A DNA stretch of 64,000 nt from a virus (taxonomy: Duplodnaviria; Caudoviricetes), in the IMG/VR virus record IMGVR_UViG_3300028048_000002, positions 98,818-162,817 of that record, one strand, 5' to 3'. Of this stretch, positions 47,057 through 55,610 are shown piece after piece (position 1 is the first letter of the stretch; each line of letters starts with the position of its first letter). Both the position numbers and the translations under genes were made by a program. Below the pieces are notes generated by a model. The model had not been told where the DNA came from and searched no databases. It saw only the letters and a program-made list of their open reading frames with translations.

Positions 47057-47113
47057 AATATGCCTTTCACAATGAATGACGCGTTATATAATTAGTAACG
47101 AGTTTTCGAAGTA

Positions 47114-47491
47114 TCAAATTCTATTAGAATTCATAAGCATATCAAAGACAGCAGATTTGAAACAATCATGAAAAGTATTGAAACCTTCATCGAATGAAAC
47201 AATATTGCAGCTATCTCCAAATACCTCATTGATGTAGTCTTCAATAGACTTAAACACAGCATAGGTCCAACCGTCATCTTCACAATCATCGCACCACTGA
47301 TCACTATCAGAGATAACGATAATAGCATCATCAACCTCTCGTATGTAATCAACAAATCCAGTATAAGGAAGTTGCACCCTGCTAAAACCTTCGTGGTCGT
47401 AATCTACTTCGATGAAATTACTAAAATAGGATTGAGGAAAGCTGTCATCGACGTTTGCACGAAGTGTTTCGATTGTGTGTTGATATGACAT
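47114..47491 (-). CDS. Hypothetical acidic early protein
   Basis: AAGGAG RBS and its own sigma70 promoter. Confidence 0.65.
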   Translation of the reverse strand: MSYQHTIETLRANVDDSFPQSYFSNFIEVDYDHEGFSRVQLPYTGFVDYIREVDDAIIVISDSDQWCDDCEDDGWTYAVFKSIEDYINEVFGDSCNIVSFDEGFNTFHDCFKSAVFDMLMNSNRI

Positions 47492-47532
47492 GGTAGCTCC
47501 TTTGGATTCTTGATATGCTTACTACACATAAT

Positions 47533-47561
47533 AGTATAGAGGTATTAACTTTAAAAGTCAA
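47533..47561 (-). promoter_or_regulatory. Sigma70 early promoter overlapped by an inverted repeat
   Basis: TTGACT-17 nt-TATACT; ATAGAGGTATT/AATACCTCTAT inverted repeat at about 47536-47570. Confidence 0.7.
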
Positions 47562-47586
47562 TACCTCTATTATTGCTTAAGCTGTT

Positions 47587-48033
47587 TTATTTGATCCAGT
47601 AGTTACCAATTGTTTTATCTGTAGGGTCCCAAATGTCATGGCAAGTATAGCCCCTACCATCGTCTTCATCTACAAAGCAGGTGGTATGATGCCATCCAAT
47701 ATTTGCTACGATTCTTCGATTCTCTAAATAGTAGTTATCATTCAAGTAGTTTACAAAATCCTTACCTGTATACTTGGTATTATCAAACTTACGAGGCTGT
47801 TTCATACGCCTGAACCCTTGATCTTCAAGATATCGAGTAAACAGAGTAGGTTCGTTTAGAAGTGAGCAGTATTTATGCATGTACGGAATCATTTCATCGA
47901 TTACTTCATGCCAAGGTTTATTCATCGCTTTCGATATAGCACGAACTACGCAATCTCCCGTACGTTTGTTTTTCGGATTTACATTTTCAAAGGTGAAGTA
48001 ATCGGTATTAGGATATGTGATGATCTTAGGCAT
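47587..48033 (-). CDS. Phage protein with papain-like Cys/His/Asp pattern
   Basis: N.NPK...TGDCVVRAI...HH.TC......DIWD. Confidence 0.55.
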   Translation of the reverse strand: MPKIITYPNTDYFTFENVNPKNKRTGDCVVRAISKAMNKPWHEVIDEMIPYMHKYCSLLNEPTLFTRYLEDQGFRRMKQPRKFDNTKYTGKDFVNYLNDNYYLENRRIVANIGWHHTTCFVDEDDGRGYTCHDIWDPTDKTIGNYWIK

Positions 48034-48075
48034 AAGGCTATCCTTTCTAGACTATTGATATTACGCCTACAATTT

Positions 48076-48104
48076 ATTATAAGCTTTTTTGATTAAAAAG
48101 TCAA
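48076..48104 (-). promoter_or_regulatory. Sigma70 early promoter
   Basis: TTGACT-17 nt-TATAAT. Confidence 0.8.
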
Positions 48105-48114
48105 GATATAATTA

Positions 48115-48360
48115 TCAATCGGTTTTTCCTTTATGATGTTGTTTTACTTCTTTTCTATATTTTTTAGAACATTTATACAATATACAATCTACAGCTACAG
48201 TATTTATTTGATTATTACTTAAAGGATCTACTACATACCAATCTTCCCCTAAGATATAATCTATAAGAATATTTAATGCAAATTGTGAATCCATTGCAGG
48301 TGGATAGACATTATCTGGATCTTTATGTTTATCATACCAACTATAAAATTTGCTCTCCAC
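48115..48360 (-). CDS. Hypothetical protein
   Basis: ORF overlapping the upstream gene. Confidence 0.5.
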   Translation of the reverse strand: MESKFYSWYDKHKDPDNVYPPAMDSQFALNILIDYILGEDWYVVDPLSNNQINTVAVDCILYKCSKKYRKEVKQHHKGKTD

Positions 48361-48592
48361 AGTTTAAACACCTATCTTGTATTTGCCAATTTGCATAAAA
48401 AGCTCCACATTTCGAACATCTAAACATTCCTACATACGATGAAACATTTTTACATATTTTTGATGGAACAAATCTATCACAAGCTTCATCATTTTCATAA
48501 TGTAAACATGGATCTACTTTACAGCATAAATTCCAATCTCCTGCACCTATATAATTATCACACATACAGCATAATAATTTTGTTATTTCCAT
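48341..48592 (-). CDS. Cys-rich Zn-ribbon protein
   Basis: CSKCG...CLNCG. Confidence 0.55.
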   Translation of the reverse strand: MEITKLLCCMCDNYIGAGDWNLCCKVDPCLHYENDEACDRFVPSKICKNVSSYVGMFRCSKCGAFYANWQIQDRCLNCGEQIL

Positions 48593-48601
48593 ATATATCC
48601 T

Positions 48602-48973
48602 TTAATGCTTACATCCAAAATATTCAGGTGTCTGTGAACGTTCTAGATAAACGACTTTTCCACATTTAGAGCATGTCCATGAATATTTTGGAGGTAAAGA
48701 TGCACATACTTCATCTACATAAGGATTATTTTCATAAGGTCGATGCCAATCATGTACAAATAACTGGTTACCAAATTTATCAAAATGCTTTGATTCACCA
48801 ATACGTAAATTATTACACGCAGTTCTAGTAGAATCATGATGCTTAAGTTCGGGGCACCAAAAATAGATAGTTCCAACAGCATCCTTAGATGCATTATACG
48901 GAGGATATCCATGATATTCCCCTAATGCACAATTCCCGCAAATTTGATCATTTACGCCCATTAAAATACTCAC
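48602..48973 (-). CDS. Cys-rich hypothetical protein
   Basis: CGNC and CSKCG motifs. Confidence 0.5.
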   Translation of the reverse strand: MSILMGVNDQICGNCALGEYHGYPPYNASKDAVGTIYFWCPELKHHDSTRTACNNLRIGESKHFDKFGNQLFVHDWHRPYENNPYVDEVCASLPPKYSWTCSKCGKVVYLERSQTPEYFGCKH

Positions 48974-48980
48974 CTATAAA

Positions 48981-49649
48981 CTATAATCTTATCCTATCAA
49001 TTTTGTCAAGCTCAATTTGAAGATATTTTGCAGCATCTAAATTATCCCAAGGTTCCCAAATAGATGGATCGGGAAATCTAGGATCATACGGCAAAACGTT
49101 GCAATTAAGGATTTTAGCTTCTATAGCTGTTCTTCCAACCGCATATACGTTTTTGTATAAAGACAAAGTATCAAGAAGTTCTTGGCGATTTAAATTACAG
49201 ATTAAATCGACATTTTCAGGAATAGCACAACCTTCTAAAAACTGCTTTGAATATCTTCCAGCATATGCCGTATCTCCGTATTTTTCTTCTATAGATTTTT
49301 TAAATTGCGAAACATAAGAAATATCTACAGAAAGCGGTAAGTAAATTGGTATTCCTAAATGTTTTACTTTCTCACAAGTTTCAGGTATACCACAAACTAA
49401 AATTAAATCATCATAAACTGATAACCACGTATACAAATCTGTATTTATATTATTATGAATAAATACAATTGAATGATTTACTCCTACCTCAGGTACGTTT
49501 AGTGTTATCCAATTTCTAGAAGTACGAATATTGGGAATTATGTTATTTACAATTTCTATAGAATAATAATAAGCACCATTATGAGGATTTTTTATATTTT
49601 GAGAACGTAACCATTCCCAATATTTAGGATGTGTGTGATCAATAATCAT
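48981..49649 (-). CDS. Glycosyltransferase-like (GT-B) protein
   Basis: AYAGR...L...L..YK.VYAVGRTAIEAKIL.C.V resembles the GT-B nucleotide-sugar-binding segment. Confidence 0.5.
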   Translation of the reverse strand: MIIDHTHPKYWEWLRSQNIKNPHNGAYYYSIEIVNNIIPNIRTSRNWITLNVPEVGVNHSIVFIHNNINTDLYTWLSVYDDLILVCGIPETCEKVKHLGIPIYLPLSVDISYVSQFKKSIEEKYGDTAYAGRYSKQFLEGCAIPENVDLICNLNRQELLDTLSLYKNVYAVGRTAIEAKILNCNVLPYDPRFPDPSIWEPWDNLDAAKYLQIELDKIDRIRL

Positions 49650-49656
49650 TTATATT

Positions 49657-49971
49657 TTAATCTCTAATAATTTTAATACCATAAGCATCGGCAAAATCAT
49701 GCTCGATCTTACATCCTCGAGAAGTTTGCCAATTGTCATCAAAGTATGCATAATCAGCTTTAGCTAAAAGCTGTAAATTACTAGCTAAGCACTCTCCGAA
49801 AGTATCAAATTTTAAAATATTCGACATAGTGTCAATAAGCGTTAATTTGTCCTTTAGTAGAGTTTCAGCATCATTATAGCAATATGAGATATTTGACTCA
49901 ATTTCTACTTGAGATTTATTTTGCATTGGAGTGCTTACATATAGTGTTTTCATAAAATCTCCTAAGTACAA
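49657..49971 (-). CDS. DUF4406/nucleoside 2-deoxyribosyltransferase-like protein
   Basis: LYVSTPM...L.LLAKAD.AYF...WQTSRGCKIEH..A..YGI.I. Confidence 0.75.
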   Translation of the reverse strand: MYLGDFMKTLYVSTPMQNKSQVEIESNISYCYNDAETLLKDKLTLIDTMSNILKFDTFGECLASNLQLLAKADYAYFDDNWQTSRGCKIEHDFADAYGIKIIRD

Positions 49972-51441
49972 TTAGCATACAATAGAATCGTAATATTTCA
50001 TCCAAGGATTTAAAGTTTCAAACGTATTTGCAATAGCGAACACATCCTCATCATGGTACTGTTTACATATAACTTGCAATCCTACAGGTAGATTATCTTT
50101 GGTCAAACCGCAAGGAATAGATGCAGCTGGATAGCCTACGAAGTTAGCTAACGGAGTTTCTCCAAAAGAGATAAAATCAATTGCTTCAATTTGAGGTACT
50201 CCATTTACCTCTTTGCAATGACCTTCCCATGAGTTAGGCAACGGGGGACAAACTGCAGTGGGTGATATGATTGCATCATATTTTTCAAATACTGTTTCAA
50301 AATTGTCTAGAATATCTGTTCTAATGTAATTAAACATCTGAAGATCAAATATAGAAGCATCATAAGCTTTTCTGTTATAATAAACAAATTCTGGCGGCAA
50401 TTCGTCACTATGATCTTTTATGAGATCTAAACCTTCTTCTTTCCATCGTGCTAAATCTAAGGCAGTATCTATTGAAATAGCCCAGGACCAACAAGTTAGT
50501 ATTTCTTCTAAAGTGAATTTCCAATTAAATTGAGCAAATTGAATTGACGCTCCTGCATCTATTAAAGTGTTAGCAGAGGATTGAACTATAGCTTTTACTT
50601 CTTCATCAACTTGTGGATATAAATCAAAATCACTTGTAAATGCAATCTTCATTCCTTCAATATTATTGTTTAGCAATTCAGTAAAATCTTTAGAAGCATT
50701 TATAGGCAAGCTCATAGGATCTCTAGGATTGTAGTAAGCCATCTTATTTAAGATAGTTGCACTATCTCTAACACTTTTAGTTAATACCCCGTTAAAGCAG
50801 TAAGGATGTGTAGCTGCCCACCCATCAGGTCTGCAATAGCTCGGAACAGTGCCTATTGAAGGCTTAAATCCAAACAAGTTACACCAACCAGAAGGGATGC
50901 GAATAGAACCTCCAGCATCCCCTCCTTCTCCAAATGTAATTAAACCACCTGCAACCGCTGCAGCTGTACCACCCGAAGACCCTCCAGACGTACATGAGGT
51001 ATCAAACGGATTGCAAGTCTGTCCATACATTTCGTTTTGGCAAGCTCCACTAAACCCAAACGCAGGAGCATTAGTTTTTCCGACAGCAATTGCCCCTAAA
51101 GTTTCTGCTGCTTTGCAAAACTCAGAATCACAATTATCCACAGCTAGTAAAGATCTAACCCCACCGTGTGAATTTATCCACCCTTTTTTAGAGGGTAAGA
51201 AATCCTTAAAAGCCATAGGCACCCCTGCAAATGGACCTATATCTTTATGTTGAATGATTTGAATTTCTTGTTTTTTAGCTACTTCAAGAGCTTCTTCAAA
51301 TTTTGTATAAGTAAAAGCATTAAGTTTTGGATTTATAGATTCAATACGATCAATAAAATACTGGATAGATTCAATTGGCGAAAGCTCGCCAGAATTGACG
51401 AGCTTTCCTAAAGCTATACCATCAAGATTTTCAAGTTTCAT
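49972..51441 (-). CDS. Amidase signature (AS) family amidase
   Basis: GPFAGVP.AFKD, GKTN.P.FG, GGSSGG.AAAVA, D.GGSIRIP (Lys-Ser-Ser triad intact), GLPVGLQ-like end. Confidence 0.92.
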   Translation of the reverse strand: MKLENLDGIALGKLVNSGELSPIESIQYFIDRIESINPKLNAFTYTKFEEALEVAKKQEIQIIQHKDIGPFAGVPMAFKDFLPSKKGWINSHGGVRSLLAVDNCDSEFCKAAETLGAIAVGKTNAPAFGFSGACQNEMYGQTCNPFDTSCTSGGSSGGTAAAVAGGLITFGEGGDAGGSIRIPSGWCNLFGFKPSIGTVPSYCRPDGWAATHPYCFNGVLTKSVRDSATILNKMAYYNPRDPMSLPINASKDFTELLNNNIEGMKIAFTSDFDLYPQVDEEVKAIVQSSANTLIDAGASIQFAQFNWKFTLEEILTCWSWAISIDTALDLARWKEEGLDLIKDHSDELPPEFVYYNRKAYDASIFDLQMFNYIRTDILDNFETVFEKYDAIISPTAVCPPLPNSWEGHCKEVNGVPQIEAIDFISFGETPLANFVGYPAASIPCGLTKDNLPVGLQVICKQYHDEDVFAIANTFETLNPWMKYYDSIVC

Positions 51442-51492
51442 ATAACTCTCCTAGAGTTTAAACCTGCACTTGATATATAATAACGAATATAC

Positions 51493-52233
51493 TTAGTACG
51501 TAGGAACAGCGTATTTCTGAATATAGTCTTCACCAACTTTATCCTTCGCCCAATTTTTAGATAATTTATAACCAATAGGTGAAAACACAATTTCAAAAAC
51601 TAGCTCAAGTAGCATCATCATGAATGAGCATACAAGAACTTGTTCAATAGACCATCCAAAGAATATAAAAGATACAAACATTGCAAATACAAAATTATCT
51701 ACAAATTGCCCTAAAGCTGTAGATATGAAGCTTCTAATCGCAAATCCTACATATGTACCTTGGTTATCAAGTTTAACTCCTACAATATGATTCATACCAG
51801 AGTTAACTAAACCTCCTAGGAACATAGCTGCAGCAGAACCTACTACAATATACCAAGCAGAAGAAAATGTTGCATTTATTCCTGCATTTATAGCTTCACT
51901 AATTTCTGGAGTAGTTCCCGCATAACTTGCAGCCCACACACCTGGAATCTGTACAATAAGCATGAATAGTATACAAGTAATAAGATTAACTATCATACCT
52001 ACAGTATTTAAGATCGTCGCAGCTTTATATCCAAATCGCTTACAAACAGAATCCATGCAAAGAAAAGTAATCCAAGATACAAAAATGCCTGCTGTAGAAG
52101 CAAGCCATGGTAAATTAAATATAGATTTATTAGCTAATAGATTCATTGCTATTACAGATATCATGAAAATAGCAGTTACTAATCCCGGAATTGCACGTAA
52201 AGCGTCTTTTGTTTGAGTTAATATTGAGTTCAT
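51493..52233 (-). CDS. VUT family (YhhQ-like) queuosine precursor transporter
   Basis: Multi-TM protein; MNLLANK, D...KRFG, GS..A...G..VN, R.F.ST..GQFVDN.VF. Confidence 0.85.
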   Translation of the reverse strand: MNSILTQTKDALRAIPGLVTAIFMISVIAMNLLANKSIFNLPWLASTAGIFVSWITFLCMDSVCKRFGYKAATILNTVGMIVNLITCILFMLIVQIPGVWAASYAGTTPEISEAINAGINATFSSAWYIVVGSAAAMFLGGLVNSGMNHIVGVKLDNQGTYVGFAIRSFISTALGQFVDNFVFAMFVSFIFFGWSIEQVLVCSFMMMLLELVFEIVFSPIGYKLSKNWAKDKVGEDYIQKYAVPTY

Positions 52234-52241
52234 AATTTTTT

Positions 52242-52296
52242 CCTCTCATGTTATTTTTGTTTTACAAGTGGGTGTCAATGAGTATACAAAACACTT
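52242..52296 (-). promoter_or_regulatory. Candidate preQ1-I-like riboswitch (H-type pseudoknot covering the RBS)
   Basis: P1 AAGUG/CACUU preceded by ACC; loop CUCAU pairs with AUGAG overlapping the GAGAGG RBS; A-rich L3 GUAAAACAAAAAUAAC; directly upstream of the VUT gene. Confidence 0.6.
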
Positions 52297-52433
52297 AATT
52301 TATCATCTTATAAGCATCACATCCTTCATGGTATCTCTTAATTGTTAACGATCTTCTTGTAATATTAAAGGATTATTTTCTATACTTTATAAAAAACTAT
52401 ATTATTTTTTCTTTTATTACGGAATAAATAAAT

Positions 52434-52883
52434 TTAAAAAAGAAAATCATAATTTTCATATTGTTTACTTATTCTATTTCTCACGTACGTTTCTAAAGAC
52501 TTGAGCATAAATTTCAAATATTCATTACCATGCTTCAATTTAACTTTTTCAATATCAAATGTTTTACAACCTAAGGTTAAGTTATCAGGAGTTTCCTCTA
52601 AAATATTAATACGTAATTTTGTTCCATATGTTGTTATATTAATATTTAAAAGCATTTCATATACTTCTTTATATTTATCCTCAGAAATATCATATAAATT
52701 TCTTACTTCATAAGGAATTTGATACAAAACAATCGTCCATATATCATACATATTAGAGGACTTCTTAAACTTTATTGAACCATCTAAGTGTTTAAATAAA
52801 TATTTTCCAAATATATTTACAACTTGATTTAATGAGGAAAGATTAGCAGTTTTACACTCAATTAACATATTATTCAACTCCAA
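52434..52883 (-). CDS. Hypothetical protein
   Basis: Last ORF of the tail operon. Confidence 0.55.
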   Translation of the reverse strand: MELNNMLIECKTANLSSLNQVVNIFGKYLFKHLDGSIKFKKSSNMYDIWTIVLYQIPYEVRNLYDISEDKYKEVYEMLLNINITTYGTKLRINILEETPDNLTLGCKTFDIEKVKLKHGNEYLKFMLKSLETYVRNRISKQYENYDFLF

Positions 52884-53658
52884 TCTTTGGAGCTACAATA
52901 TTAAGAGTATTGTTTTCTCCGTAAATTAATACAGTAGATTTAGATAAGTTTCCAAATCTATTTTTTCTATCAGTTAAATTAGAACTGGATGTATATTTTT
53001 TAAAATATCCGCCAGATCTATTACAAGACTGAGCTTGAGAGTTGGTTGTATATATTTCTCCAGGAAAATAATCTAAATATTGAATTATTTCAGAAATATC
53101 AATGCTTACTCCATATATAGTAGCAGGATGAGAAGTAGCATAATCAGGATCATACGTCATACCACCGATGTATATGGTACCTCCTGTATATGCTTGAGAC
53201 TGACTGTTATACGTTGCAAAATCAGTAATTTTCCCTATTTTTATATTGAACGAAGGGAATTCTAAGGTAGGATAACCTCCAGAAACTGGATTATAAATAT
53301 TCCAAGAAGTAAGCTGACGTTTTATACTACCTGATCCTGCAGTAAAATATGGTATTTTATGCGTTCCGGCATTTCCCGAATATAAAGTAAAACTAGCATT
53401 GCTAAAAAACAAATAACCTTTCCATCTGTGGCCAATCAACGGACCTGTTTTTGAATTAAATGCAAAAGTTTTTTGAGACCCTGTAGAAATATATACAGAA
53501 AGATCATCGTATACTGTAATTGTAAGTCTAATTCTTAACTTAGGAGCTACATTTGTAAGACCAGAACCTACAAAAGCGAAAAAAGCGGTAGCAGTGGTAG
53601 GTACTCTTTCTCCGCCTGTTTTTATATATCTACTAAATGATCCTAAAACATTAGCCAT
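52870..53658 (-). CDS. Putative tail/baseplate-associated protein
   Basis: Beta-rich Gly/Ser/Thr composition; coupled to the upstream structural gene. Confidence 0.45.
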   Translation of the reverse strand: MANVLGSFSRYIKTGGERVPTTATAFFAFVGSGLTNVAPKLRIRLTITVYDDLSVYISTGSQKTFAFNSKTGPLIGHRWKGYLFFSNASFTLYSGNAGTHKIPYFTAGSGSIKRQLTSWNIYNPVSGGYPTLEFPSFNIKIGKITDFATYNSQSQAYTGGTIYIGGMTYDPDYATSHPATIYGVSIDISEIIQYLDYFPGEIYTTNSQAQSCNRSGGYFKKYTSSSNLTDRKNRFGNLSKSTVLIYGENNTLNIVAPKIGVE

Positions 53659-55553
53659 TATTTCACTCGCAAATCTCCATTTTCAGCAGATGTATGTGAT
53701 TTTATCCATCTATCAGCACCAGATGTTGTTTTTGAATAGATATTTAAATTCCCACAAGGAATTTTAAAATCACCGGCATTATCTAAACCTAAATTAGCCC
53801 AGAGTATATTTCCGTTTTCATCCATCAAGCCCGACTTTACACCTATTACATGCTGTAATAAGTCCTTTAACGCTGTATCTAATTTAGTTATTCCTAATGT
53901 TTTTTTCGGAATAGTTCCAGCTAATTTATTAGCTAATTTAGCAAAATCCCAAGAAACTACGCATTTACCATTACTTTCTTTAAAAGTTAAGATACCAGTA
54001 CTATCAGATATGCCACCTGCTTTATATTTCAATACTGTTACTTCAGGATTAGTTCTAGAAACCGATAAAAAGTTTGAAGTAATTGGAACTTCTACAATCA
54101 TATCATTTCCAGCTTCTACAGGATAAGTAATTCGTACTCCACCTTTACCTTTAGAATCATTTCTATTCACAGGTTTAGAAACTTTTAGACGAGTTCGAAC
54201 ACCTTCTGCAACAGTTTTAGGAGATATATGAGGTTGAGCTGTTGAAGGGTCTTGTATATCAATTGGTGAATCGATAGCTACTTTGAGCATCTTATTATCC
54301 GGAGATGCATTTGTATTATAAGGTTCTATTCTAGAACTGATTAAAATATCTCCACCAGGAGTTGAAGGACCACTTATAGAAATACCCGTACCAGCTTTTA
54401 ATTGACTATGTTTAATAGTAGTTACAACTGCATCTTCTTCAGTAGATGACGTTTGAGTTATATTCAAACTAGAATCAGAACTATCGTAAACATCCGAAGA
54501 ATATATTTTAGAAGAATCTTTAGTGTCCCTGCTATCCCTGTAAGGAGTATTATATGGGTTTAAAGAAGTTGCCCAACTTTTCCCTTGTTTGTTTGCAGGA
54601 ATTACTTCTGAAATATCTTCCATCCTTGATCCAATTTCAACAGGACCTCCAGGAGTAGTCGGACCGTACATGCTTATACCTGTAACTGGGTTCAAAGGAG
54701 ACACAGTAAAATCTGTAGATAAACTATCTTCATTTACTTCAATTTTTAAGAAATCATTATGTGATTGAATATTTTTTCTTAGATAGTAATCTACAACTGT
54801 TGACGATGTTAATATTACTTTATTTGCCCATGGATAAGATTCAGGTCCTATGAAATCACCATCTTCAGGATTATCAGTATTTACTGAACCTGAATCAAAT
54901 CCTGATATCCCTGAAATAATAGATCTATTGGTAAACCCTGTCAGTAATAAATAAAAATCATGAGTAATTTTAGAACTTAATGTAATTCTTAATGTAGGAA
55001 CTTTTTTCAGATTTGGAATTAAATCCCAGACGGGTAAATTTTCTCCTTCTTCTGCGTAAATTTCTTCTTCCCATAAACCTGGTTGTATTACTATAGCATC
55101 TTGTATTTTCAAATAATTAGCAATTGCAGATTGTTCTGAAGCTGAAAGTTCTTCTACAGTTATCTTATAATCTGAATCATTAGAAACTGTATAAGTATCT
55201 GGAGAAATATTAGATGAATTAGGTAGCATACTTCCATAGCTTTTGATACGAGTAACCCAGCCTTGTTGATTAGCTACACAATCTCCAAAAAATTGAGATC
55301 CAATAATTGTATTTGCAGCACAAAGTTTAGAGTTTTCAGGTAATTCAACTTCAATACAATGTACTCCTGAAATTTGATCTGATTCTACAGGAATATGTAA
55401 AATCATCGAGGCTCCATGCCCTATTTGAGAGGCGAGCCACTCTCTTTCTGATGCAGGTTCAATTGAAGGATTTTCTGATAAAGCGTGTTTAACATATAAT
55501 TCATATGTAGATAAACCTACTACTCGTCCTTCATTATAGAGTTCTCTTGGCAT
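53658..55553 (-). CDS. Putative tail fibre/baseplate protein
   Basis: GRVVGLSTYEL...EREWLAS motif of fibre proteins; internal repeat G.GIS..GP.TPGG. Confidence 0.55.
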   Translation of the reverse strand: MPRELYNEGRVVGLSTYELYVKHALSENPSIEPASEREWLASQIGHGASMILHIPVESDQISGVHCIEVELPENSKLCAANTIIGSQFFGDCVANQQGWVTRIKSYGSMLPNSSNISPDTYTVSNDSDYKITVEELSASEQSAIANYLKIQDAIVIQPGLWEEEIYAEEGENLPVWDLIPNLKKVPTLRITLSSKITHDFYLLLTGFTNRSIISGISGFDSGSVNTDNPEDGDFIGPESYPWANKVILTSSTVVDYYLRKNIQSHNDFLKIEVNEDSLSTDFTVSPLNPVTGISMYGPTTPGGPVEIGSRMEDISEVIPANKQGKSWATSLNPYNTPYRDSRDTKDSSKIYSSDVYDSSDSSLNITQTSSTEEDAVVTTIKHSQLKAGTGISISGPSTPGGDILISSRIEPYNTNASPDNKMLKVAIDSPIDIQDPSTAQPHISPKTVAEGVRTRLKVSKPVNRNDSKGKGGVRITYPVEAGNDMIVEVPITSNFLSVSRTNPEVTVLKYKAGGISDSTGILTFKESNGKCVVSWDFAKLANKLAGTIPKKTLGITKLDTALKDLLQHVIGVKSGLMDENGNILWANLGLDNAGDFKIPCGNLNIYSKTTSGADRWIKSHTSAENGDLRVK

Positions 55554-55610
55554 CTAAACTCCTTATACTTATTTATATAATTTCAATTAACATTTAAGAT
55601 TTTCATCTAG

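Noticed and set aside
49972-51441. Amidase as GatA of a tRNA-dependent amidotransferase serving tRNA-Gln
   Set aside because: No GatB or GatC in the window, and the sequence looks like a generic AS amidase; not excluded but unsupported.
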